Source of the DNA: Octopus vulgaris | Lineage: Eukaryota | Length of the DNA: 64,000 nt | NCBI GenBank assembly: GCA_951406725.2 | Contig: OX597817.1 | Location: 114,452,001 to 114,516,000 of the forward strand | Direction: 5' to 3' | Shown: positions 44,405-54,618 of the stretch, piece after piece | Numbering within the stretch: the stretch's first letter is position 1 | Layout of the letters: each line of letters opens with the position of its first letter | Program-made: the position numbers and the translations under genes | Notes under the pieces: model-generated | The model's database searches: none | The model's input: only the letters and a program-made list of their open reading frames with translations | Told to the model about the DNA's origin: nothing

Positions 44405-44735
44405 ATATGCTGTTATGTCCTGTTATTATTGTATTTGTATTTGTGTAACGTCCGTTTTTTACCATCCTTGTTTTTGTATACATTTGCTGCTTTCTTCCAA
44501 GGTATCTAATGTGCTTAGCTTAGTTTTTCCTTGGGGCTGGTCAGATTGGAGCAGTCTCAAGTATAATCAGCTGAAATTGTAAGGATAATCTGGTGCTTGA
44601 CTGAGAAAAGAACACTTTGAATGACTCGTCCTTGTTTTCTTTCTATCATCTCTCTGGATGTTTTCCTTGTCCTGTTTTTGTATCACCTAACTGTCTGGAT
44701 GTTTTGTGTTCTTGTCTCATTTTGTATTTTTATAT
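44405..44735 (+). mobile_element. Unclassified repeat (possibly Penelope pLTR-like); inverted homologue at 49590-49910
   Basis: Collinear similarity, e.g. ggggctggtcagattggagcagtctcaagtataatcagctgaaattg versus the reverse complement of about 49740-49790. Confidence 0.55.
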
Positions 44736-44747
44736 ATCTATATATTA

Positions 44748-45155
44748 GGCACAGGCAAGGTTGTGTGGTAAGAAGCTTGCTTTCCAACCACATGGGCCCA
44801 GGTTCAGTCCCACTTCATTTCACCTTGGGCAAGTGTCTTCTACTATAGCATTGGATCATCCAAAACTTTGTGAATGGATTTGGTAGTTGGAAACTGAAAA
44901 AAGCCTATTGTTTATATATATATATGTATATATTTGTGTGTGGATTTGTGTCTGTGTTTGTCCTCCCACCATTGCTTGACAACTGATGTTGGTGTGTTTA
45001 TGTCCCTGTAAAGTAGCTGTTCGGCAAAATAGAACAATACAATAAGTACTAGACTTATAAAGAATAAGTTCTGGTGTCGATTTCTTTGACTAAAAAATCC
45101 TTAAAGGTAGTGCTCCAACATGGCCACTGTCAAATGACTGAAACAGGTAAAAGAA
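44748..45155 (+). mobile_element. SINE family A copy
   Basis: Full length, diverged. Confidence 0.8.
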
Positions 45156-46442
45156 TATATATATAAGAAAACATTTGCTTTAGGAGCTGTGCTCTGGGAT
45201 TGAACCAAGATCCATGTCATTGTGAAGCAAACATTTTAACGGCATGGCCGTGCCTGAACCCAACAACGAAAGAATGAACAAGTAAATAAGTAAACAATCA
45301 TGACATCAACTGCAGCAGCAGCCATAACAACAACAAACACCTAAACAGCTGCAGTAACAACAACAACAACAACAACTACAGCAACAACCAACTTCTGAAA
45401 AATCTAGTGTCAGTATATGTCACTTTGATTTATGGCAGAAATTTGTCCAAAATATAACATTAGGAAAAGAAAAATTGAATGAAGTACATTGTCAGTTCAG
45501 TTGTTGAAAATTTAGGGTATATGTCATCACAGTGACTTATTTGAACTTTGTGTGACTTCTGTTTAAATCACTTCTAATGGTACAGAAAAGGAGAAGAAAA
45601 TCGTTTTTTTTTTTGCTTTTTCTTATCTTTTTTGTTTTGTTTAAAAAAAAAATTCTGATTAATATTTACTGAAGGTTTGCTACTCACCAAAGTTGACAGT
45701 TTAATGCTTTTTCTAAAAGGCTCATGTAGTCACATCTAACATAATAAAATATCTGGTGTGTCAGTATATTTTTGATGGTTGTTTTTAGGTCTGTGTTTGT
45801 GTGTGGTGGTAGGTTTTAACATAGGTGGTGAGGAGGACAGTGTAGCACGCTACTTTCACAGTGAATAAGGGAGATAATTTATATGAGCATTGAAATAAAT
45901 ATGATACTAAAAGAAAAAAAAAAACAAAAAGAAAACAAAACTAAAAGAATTTATAAGAAAGCTTTATTGAATGTGAACAGTTTTCTTGCTGTAACTTGAA
46001 CATTTTCGAAGAGACAGGAAAAGAAATTTTGTAATAACATATCTGTAGGAAAAAAATAATCTATCTAAAAGAATTTAAAGTTGAAAATGAATTTTAAAAC
46101 AGAAAATGACTTAAAATTAAAAGACATACGATAATTTCTTTTCGACATTGGCTGGTCTGTTAGACAGTGATGTCTCTCAAATAACGTTAAAACTGGATTA
46201 TTGTTCTGAAGATGGTAATTTTCTTAATTTTCTTTGTTAGCTCTTATCATGGAAATGTGATAAACTATTTTTCTTTAAATCACCTGAGCGAATTTTATTA
46301 ATTTCATAGCTTCGTATTTTCTTCTTTTTTTACGTGTTAATGAAAATGCAAATGTCAGAAAACCTGAAGCTAGCATGAGTAATTGTAGGTATAAACCTGC
46401 ATGGAATGAAAAAAAAAACTAGCTGATTTATAGATGACACTG

Positions 46443-46485
<43 letters not shown>

Positions 46486-46488
<3 letters not shown>

Positions 46489-46844
46489 ATAAGGGACTAA
46501 AGCCATCTGAATATGGCTAGGGACAGGGCAGGGTGGTGGGGGTGTTACTGTTGCATTTAGCCCCAGGCGAACATCGACGTCACCAGAAAGGCCCGACACC
46601 GTCACGGTGTCCTTAACCTGCAAAGGGAGGTAATTCCCCGATGAAGCGGAAACCACACACGGACCATGGTTTCAAGGTGTATTGCCTATCGTCGGCGTGT
46701 GGCAGGCTTCCGCTTCCTCGACGAATTCTCACTCTGCAGGATATTCATATATAGATTTTCAAGCAAAATACATTTGCTGATTTCGAAAATCTGTTCGAAA
46801 GCAATAATAATTCTCTAAAAGAGATATAGACAGTAACTGCTCGA
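46486..46844 (-). mobile_element. Inverted single copy (359 bp) of the 360-bp hammerhead-containing unit
   Basis: Reverse complement of the array unit, permuted to start at tcgagcag and end at ccttatgtt; one substitution noticed (46703). Confidence 0.95.
46656..46701 (-). ncRNA. Type I hammerhead ribozyme (inverted copy)
   Basis: Same motif as 46872-46917, on the minus strand. Confidence 0.75.
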
Positions 46845-46871
46845 GAATTCGTCGAGGAAGCGGAAGCCTAC

Positions 46872-46917
46872 CACACGCCGACGATAGGCAATACACCTTG
46901 AAACCATGGTCCGTGTG
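46872..46917 (+). ncRNA. Type I hammerhead ribozyme, predicted cleavage after GUC at 46911
   Basis: Stem I cacacg/cgtgtg; core CCGACGA; stem II AGG-caataca-CCT; GAAA; palindromic stem III ACCATGGT; C17. Confidence 0.75.
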
Positions 46918-47231
46918 TGGTTTCCGCTTCATCGGGGAATTACCTCCCTTTGCAGGTTAAGGACACCGTGACGGTGTCGGGCCTTTCTGGTGACGTCGAT
47001 GTTCGCCTGGGGCTAAATGCAACAGTAACACCCCCACCACCCTGCCCTGTCCCTAGCCATATTCAGATGGCTTTAGTCCCTTATGTTATCGAGCAGTTAC
47101 TGTCTATATCTCTTTTAGAGAATTATTATTGCTTTCGAACAGATTTTCGAAATCAGCAAATGTATTTTGCTTGAAAATCTATATATGAATATCCTGCAGA
47201 GTGAGAATTCGTCGAGGAAGCGGAAGCCTAC

Positions 47232-47277
47232 CACACGCCGACGATAGGCAATACACCTTGAAACCATGGTCCGTGTG
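47232..47277 (+). ncRNA. Type I hammerhead ribozyme, unit 2 (cleavage after 47271)
   Basis: Identical to 46872-46917. Confidence 0.75.
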
Positions 47278-47591
47278 TGGTTTCCGCTTCATCGGGGAAT
47301 TACCTCCCTTTGCAGGTTAAGGACACCGTGACGGTGTCGGGTCTTTCTGGTGACGTCGATGTTCGCCTGGGGCTAAATGCAACAGTAACACCCCCACCAC
47401 CCTGCCCTGTCCCTAGCCATATTCAGATGGCTTTAGTCCCTTATGTTATCGAGCAGTTACTGTCTATATCTCTTTTAGAGAATTATTATTGCTTTCGAAC
47501 AGATTTTCGAAATCAGCAAATGTATTTTGCTTGAAAATCTATATATGAATATCCTGCAGAGTGAGAATTCGTCGAGGAAGCGGAAGCCTAC

Positions 47592-47637
47592 CACACGCCG
47601 ACGATAGGCAATACACCTTGAAACCATGGTCCGTGTG
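47592..47637 (+). ncRNA. Type I hammerhead ribozyme, unit 3 (cleavage after 47631)
   Basis: Identical to 46872-46917. Confidence 0.75.
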
Positions 47638-47951
47638 TGGTTTCCGCTTCATCGGGGAATTACCTCCCTTTGCAGGTTAAGGACACCGTGACGGTGTCGG
47701 GCCTTTCTGGTGACGTCGATGTTCGCCTGGGGCTAAATGCAACAGTAACACCCCCACCACCCTGCCCTGTCCCTAGCCATATTCAGATGGCTTTAGTCCC
47801 TTATGTTATCGAGCAGTTACTGTCTATATCTCTTTTAGAGAATTATTATTGCTTTCGAACAAATTTTCGAAATCAGCAAATGTATTTTGCTTGAAAATTT
47901 ATATATGAATATCCTGCAGAGTGAGAATTCGTCGAGGAAGCGGAAGCCTAC

Positions 47952-47997
47952 CACACGCCGACGATAGGCAATACACCTTGAAACCATGGTCCGTGTG
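47952..47997 (+). ncRNA. Type I hammerhead ribozyme, unit 4 (cleavage after 47991)
   Basis: Identical to 46872-46917. Confidence 0.75.
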
Positions 47998-48206
47998 TGG
48001 TTTCCGCTTCATCGGCGAATTACCTCCCTTTGCAGGTTAAGGACACCGTGACGGTGTCGGGCCTTTCTGGTGACGTCGATGTTCGCCTGGGGCTAAATGC
48101 AACAGTAACACCCCCACCACCCTGCCCTGTCCCTAGCCATATTCAGATGGCTTTAGTCCCTTATGTTATCGAGCAGTTACTGTCTATATCTCTTTTAGAG
48201 AATTAT

Positions 48207-48239
<33 letters not shown>

Positions 48240-48326
48240 GCGTGTATATGTGTATATATGTGTGTCTGTGTGTATGTGTATATGCGTGTATGTATATATA
48301 TATATGAGTATATATATATATATATA

Positions 48327-48733
48327 GGCACAGGAGTGGCTGTGTGGTAAGTAGCTTGCTTACCAACTACATGGTTCCGGGTTCAGTCCCACTGCATGGC
48401 ACCTTGGGCAAGTGTCTTTTACTATAGCCTCGGGCTGACCAAAGCCTTGTGAGTGGATTTGGTAGACGGAAACTGAAAGAAGCCCGTCATATATATGTAT
48501 ATATATATATGCGTGTGTGTGTTTTTGTGTCTGTGTTTTTCCCCCCTAGCATTGCTTGACAACCGATGTTGGTGTGTTTATGTTCCTGTTACTTAGCGTT
48601 TCGGCAAAAGAGACCGATAGAATATGTACTGGGATTACAAAAGAATAAGTCCCGGGGTCGAGTTGCTCGATTAAAGGCGGTGCTCCAGCATGGCCGCAGT
48701 CAAATGACTGAAACAAGTAAAAGAGTAAAAGAG
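48327..48733 (+). mobile_element. SINE family A copy (young)
   Basis: Full length with taaaagag tail. Confidence 0.85.
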
Positions 48734-49099
48734 TACTTCTCCAGATTTATGTATTTCTACAAATGACACACACACACACACACACACACATGTAGTTGAT
48801 GGCTCAACAAATGGCCAGCTTTACCCAGATATCAAAGGGGATGCAGTTGAACAACATTTTTTGTGCTTGACACAAAAAATTGTCCAGCAGCTGACCTAGC
48901 TACAAACACAAGCCTGGAACTAAACCCACCACTACACAAGGCTGCCGCTGATAGCAGATACAGGATGGCCACCAATAACACCAACACAGATGTCATAAAA
49001 ATATTTCTATTAATTTGCTAGAGAGGTTACAGGCCAACAGGTTTAGGGTAATCCCATAGACTGGCCTTATCTGTCTTTAATCTATGTACTGTAAATATA

Positions 49100-49436
49100 A
49101 TGGGAAGCTTTATGAAAATAGACAAAAGACGAAGGCAGGTGGAAAACAAACGAACAATTGTATTAGTATGGCGCTCAGGAAATATAAATAAAACAAGTCT
49201 TAAACGTTTCGAGCCTACGCTCTTCAACAGAAAGATACACAGAGAGAAAAAAAACACAGAAAGAAGGAGAGAAAAAAAATGCGTGCAGTAGCTAACGAAT
49301 CAACAAAAGACGAAGGCAGGTGGAAAACAAATGAACAATTGTATTAGTATGGCACTCATGAAATATAAATAAAACAAGTCTTAAACGTTTCGAGCCTACG
49401 CTCTTCAACAAAAAGATACACACAGAGAAAAAAAAC
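49100..49436 (-). mobile_element. Tandem (181-bp period) Penelope-like pLTR repeats, each with a minimal hammerhead-like motif (49198-49235, 49379-49416)
   Basis: acaaaagacgaaggcagg repeats at 49122 and 49303; minus strand tcttt-CTGTTGA-A-GAGC-gtag-GCTC-GAAACGTTT-aaga. Confidence 0.65.
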
Positions 49437-49950
49437 ATATATATATATGGATATCTGGATATCCTTGTTGCTTATTTTGATTATAATCACCCCATTTTGA
49501 ATTATATGGATAATACCATACTAAATTCTGGTGCCTTTAACTCAAGTACCATATTCAACTGAATCTAAATTTTTACTGAACTTATATATATATAATGCAA
49601 AGATGGGACAAGAACGCAAAACATCCAAACAGTTAGGTGAAACAAAAAAAAGGAAAACAAAATATCTAGAGATGATACAAGGAAAACAAAGGACAGATCA
49701 TTCGGAGTTTTCAATCCTCAGTCAAGTTCCAGATTATCTTTGCAATTTCAGCTGGTTATACTCGAGATTGCTCCAATCTGGCCAGCCCCAGGGAAAAATA
49801 AGCTAAGAACATTACATTCCTTGGAAGAATGCAGCGAAAGTATATAAAACAAAGATGGAATAAAAAAACAGAAGTGTTACACAAATCTAGACAACAGGAC
49901 ATAACAACAGGTGTCTTTCGACTAAGGATGAATTAAATTAAGCTGGCGTG

Positions 49951-50039
<89 letters not shown>

Positions 50040-50407
50040 GCATACATACATACGTATATATATATATATCATCATCATTTAACGTCCATTTTCCATGTTG
50101 GCATTGGTTGGACAGTTTGACTGAAAACTGGTGAGCTGCACCAGGTTCCGTCTGATTTGATATGGTTTCTATGGCTGGATGCCCTTCTTAATGCCAACCA
50201 CTCCAAGAGTGTAGTGGATGCATTTTATGTGCCACCAGCACAGGTGTCAGTTACATAACACTGGTATCAGCCACAACTATGATTTCACTTGGCTTGACAG
50301 TTTTTCTCAAGCTTGGTATATTACCGAAGAAATGTTTCAGTAGCATGTCACTGTTTCTGTGAGGCCCAACATTTGAATGGTGTTTTTTACATGCCTATAT
50401 ATATATA

Positions 50408-50640
50408 TATTTCTTTGCTACTCACAAGGGGCCAAACACAGAGGGAGACAAACAAGGACAGACAAAGGGATTAAGTTGATTACATCGACCCCAGTGCATA
50501 ACTGGTACTTAATTTATCAACCCCGAAAGGATGAAAGGCAAAGTCGACCTCGGTGGAATTTGAACTCAGAACGTAACGGCAGACGAAATACAGCTACACA
50601 TTTCGCCCGGCATGCTAACGTTTCTGCCAGCTCACCACCC
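50408..50640 (-). mobile_element. SINE family B copy
   Basis: Reverse complement of family B. Confidence 0.8.
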
Positions 50641-51407
50641 TTTTATATATACATGCATGCAATCATGCATACACACACAGGCACCCCCCCACACACACGC
50701 ACACAGACACACACACAGATTTTTCGAAAATAAAATCTTACTCCTCACTGCTATTTTAGCTTTGAAAAAAAAATATAGATGCTGTAGCAGACTTGGTCTG
50801 TCATATGATGTTTCAATTAATTCTTGCTTATTTTGACTGCATAAGGTAAGACCATTTTAAGGACACCTTATTGCCGAAAGGCATTATATAGTTCACCATA
50901 ATAGAAGCAAAGTTCTTGCAGTGAGAAGTCTATTAACTGGAATCAATCCAGAAAGTTGCTGGAAGAGAAAAATCAATATTTATGTGTATACCGTTGTAAT
51001 ACTTCGCATGTGCAACCAAACTGATGTTTAAAAAAAGTATAATAAAAGCTGCAATATTTATTAAAGGACAAAGTGTTTGTGTTTATTGTGGAGGGTGGAG
51101 GGTAATGTTGTAGCGTCAGCTTCTATAATCTCATGGTTTTACCCTTACAACCCCACAAAATCTATTGGCTTATACAAGTTTCTTTACCTCCATTTTCTTG
51201 TTTTTTGTTTTTGTTTTTGGTTTGTTTTCCGTACTCATTTTTTTTTTTTTTTATTCTTCTGTTTGGAAATGTAAGAAAAGGTGAGTGTGAGAATATAAAG
51301 AAGAGGAAGAAGATAAAGAACACAATGAGAAGAATCAGACAATTAGAAGAAAAAGAAAAAAAAAAGAAAAGAAAAATAACAGTACAGTTTAGAGGAGGGA
51401 AGGAAAG

Positions 51408-51479
<72 letters not shown>

Positions 51480-51708
51480 TTAACGAATAATATATGAGAG
51501 GAAATATGAAGAAAGACAGTAACGATGTACTGTACATAAGGAGAAGAAATAAAAGAGAAAGAAGAAGAAGAAGAAGAAGAAGAAGAAGAAGAAGAAGAGA
51601 AAGAAGAAGAGGGAGAAGAAGAAGAAGAAGAAGAAGAAGAAGAAGAAGAAGAAGAAGAAGAAGAAGAGGGAGAAGAAGAAGAAGAAGAAGAAGGAGAAGA
51701 AGAAGAAA
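51408..51708. repeat. (AAT)n and (GAA)n microsatellites
   Basis: Directly visible. Confidence 0.95.
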
Positions 51709-52519
51709 TACATGCCAAGGTTATTAATTCTCCCAACATTAACTTTACGCTTTTCCACTTGTATGTGTCTCTATGGCAACATCTATTTAGTAATATCTTC
51801 TGTATGGTATGACAGGCTGTGGCCTCTGTATTGACACATATGTTGAGTGATTTTTTTTTTTTTTGAGAAATGGAGAATTGTATTATTATAATATGACTTG
51901 ATGTAATTGTAGTTTATATTTGTGTTTTGTAGCTGCTTTTCTTACCTTTGGTCAACTCTCCTGAAGCATTTGTGTTGTTTCTTTTGTGCTACATTTCAGC
52001 TCTGACATGCTGATTTGCATTATGTATGCTATGTTAAGATGACAGGCCAACCAGGGTGCTTCTACATGGTCCAGTCACACTCAGCTTGCTAGAAATAGTA
52101 ACCAGATCTCTTTCAAGTTAGTGCCTGCATACTGGCTTAAAAAAAAAAAGGAAAGCATAGATTAGATAATGTAGATCATCTACATAACTGCAAAAAGAAG
52201 TTCTGGTCAAGGATGGAATATCTTTCAGTCATAAATAGGTTTGGTCATGGTTCAAGTGACTGGTGGCTAAACAGCTAGGAAAACAACAACAGCAGTCTTC
52301 AGCAATGCTTCTGTAATCCAAAGAATTAAAAGACACATACACTCCTACATAGCAGGCTAAGTGAATTTATGTCACTGTCATTGACATCATCATCATCATC
52401 ATTATCAACATCACCACCACTGCCACTACTGCCACCACCATCACCATCGTCATCATCATAAATCATCATCATCATAAATCATCATCATTTTAATGTTCAC
52501 CTTTTCATGCTTACATGGG

Positions 52520-52811
52520 TTTGTTCCTTCTCGAGCCATGCCTGGCTCATAAGGGCCAGTTTCCTGGTTTCCTTGGCGTATAGGTTCCCCACCTGGATGG
52601 GACACTAGTCCATCGCAGGTGAGCTGCAAGATGCAGGAGGAAAGTGTGAGAGAAAGTTTTGGCGAAAGAGGCAGCAGAAGTTCGCCATTACCCTCTGCTG
52701 GAGCCGCGTGGAGCTTAGGTGTTTTGCTCATAAACACACACATCGCCTGGTCTGAGATTCAAACCCATGACCCCTCGACTGCGAGTCCACTGCTTTAACC
52801 ACTAGGCCATG
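52520..52811 (-). mobile_element. tRNA-derived SINE with V-like domain; TSD tgcttacatggg
   Basis: Minus-strand tRNA head, ctgcgatggactagtgtcccatccagg V-like domain; direct repeat at 52508-52519 and 52812-52823. Confidence 0.75.
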
Positions 52812-53083
52812 TGCTTACATGGGGGTCACAGATGAAATTCTTAAAGACAAAGTCCTGCAATTGAATGCTTTCCTTGTCATCAATTCTCACCTGTTTCTCA
52901 TAGGTGAGGTAATATATCTTCTAGTCTTTTGAATACAAACAGATCAATGACGGGATGTATTTTCATAGAAGACTGCAGCTAAACAGCACCATTTTACTAT
53001 GAATGGTGACCTCATTTCAGAGCACAATGTCAAAATAAAGTGCTACAGAGACAAACACACATATACATGTATGTATGCACATA

Positions 53084-53133
<50 letters not shown>

Positions 53134-53391
53134 CATACACATGTTGAGCTTCTTTCAGTTTCTGTCTACCAAATTCACTCTCACAAAGTTTGGTTGGTTT
53201 GTGGCTATTGTAAAAAGTATTTATCTGAAGTGCAGTGTAATGAGATTGAACCTGAAACCATGTAGTTCCAAAGTGAATTTCTTAATTACACAACCATATT
53301 AAAGCTGAGCCCCATCTTCAAGTGGTATGCTCTTTTCACCGGCTCTTTATACATCTCTGATAATGTTACACATCATGAATGAATCATGAAT

Positions 53392-53623
53392 AAGGCAGTG
53401 AGCTGGCAGAATCGTTAGCACGCTGGCGAAATGCTTTGCGGTATTTCGTCAGCCGTCACGTTCTGAGTTCAAATTCTGCCGAGGTCGACTTTGCCTTTCA
53501 TCCTTTCGGGGTTGATTAAATAAGTACCAGTTACGCACTGGGGTCGATATAATCAACTTAATCTGTTTGTCTGTCCTTGTTTGTCCCTTCTGTGTTTAGC
53601 CCCTTATGGGTAGTGAAGAAATA
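53392..53623 (+). mobile_element. SINE family B copy inside a ~113-bp local tandem repeat
   Basis: Full family B sequence; flanked by a 68-bp duplication. Confidence 0.85.
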
Positions 53624-54564
53624 GGTATGCTCTTTTCACTAACTCTTTATACATCTCTGATAATATCATACATCATGAATGAATCGTGAATTTCTTAATT
53701 ACACAACCATATTAAAACTGAGCACCATCTTCAAGTGGTATACTCATTTCATCGACCCTTTATACATCTCTGATAATATTATACATCATGAATGCTGTTT
53801 AGGCTCTAGAAATATGCAAGATGCATAAAATATTTGCATTTATCCTTGGAATGAATGGTTTAGTGTTCGAACTAATACTTATTTCTTACACATATCAGAA
53901 AAGGAAGAAACAAGCTAAACCACCATGTGTCCCACAATTCAATCAGACTTTTGAGCATAGCGCACCTTTTAAACACTGTCTTTAAATGGGACACCTTCTA
54001 GAATGTACCTGCGACAACAAAACAACAGACTGAAAAGAATTTGTTTTGAAAGAATCCATTGTCGGAATGGAAATGAAAAGTCTGTATTCAGAAGTATTCT
54101 GAAGAAAGAGACCAGCGTTAAGGAGAAAAGTTTGTCATTGTAAACACTTTTAGTAGCATTACAAGACCAATATACATTATCAACCAGCTATCTCTGCTGT
54201 GGTGTAAAAGAAGCAGGTTGCTGTTTTACAGTATTTTCCCTATCACTTTAAATGTAGCTCATTCATATGTTCTGAATGACTCTCTCTGTCTCTCTTTCTG
54301 TCTTTCACTCTCAGTCTCTCTTTCTCTCTTCCTATGTCTGTCTCTCACTCTCACACTCTCTCTCTCTTTCTCTTTTCCTCATAAGATAATGTGGCATCTC
54401 AGTATGTGAATCAAGTATTTCAGGATATAATGCAAGATCACAGCAGGAGATATTCTTCTTGTTGGACATATTGTTTATTATTGGCTTGTGGAAACAGTTA
54501 CAGCTTAAAATTGCTGATGTAGTAGTAGTAGTAGAATAATAATAACAACAACAACAACAACAAC

Positions 54565-54618
<54 letters not shown>

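Larger units (their letters stand above)
46843..48209 (+). mobile_element. Tandem array of about 3.8 x 360-bp units; candidate non-LTR retrozyme
   Basis: Exact 360-bp period (lines 46861, 47221, 47581, 47941 are identical); four substitutions noticed (47342, 47862, 47899, 48016); one hammerhead per unit; ends in (TA)n. Confidence 0.85.

Noticed and set aside
46638-46673. Possible opposite-polarity hammerhead (CCGATGA-agcg-GAAACCA...TGGTT)
   Set aside because: No stem II and no stem I pairing; it arises from the self-complementarity of the rod
47026-47088. Twister-like words (TAACAC...GTCCCTAGCC) in the 360-bp unit
   Set aside because: No downstream GAGGG/P2/P1 partner strands, so the fold cannot be completed
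46843-48209. CRISPR-like or rDNA/snRNA tandem array
   Set aside because: No variable spacers; no 5S, snRNA, 7SL or tRNA signature recognised
46917-48350. Repeated 85-aa ORF (MVSASSGNYLPLQ...) and its 108/117-aa variants
   Set aside because: GTG start, no recognisable domain, and it overlaps the structured RNA; best explained as a chance frame in a GC-richer repeat. Translation from a circRNA is not excluded but is unsupported
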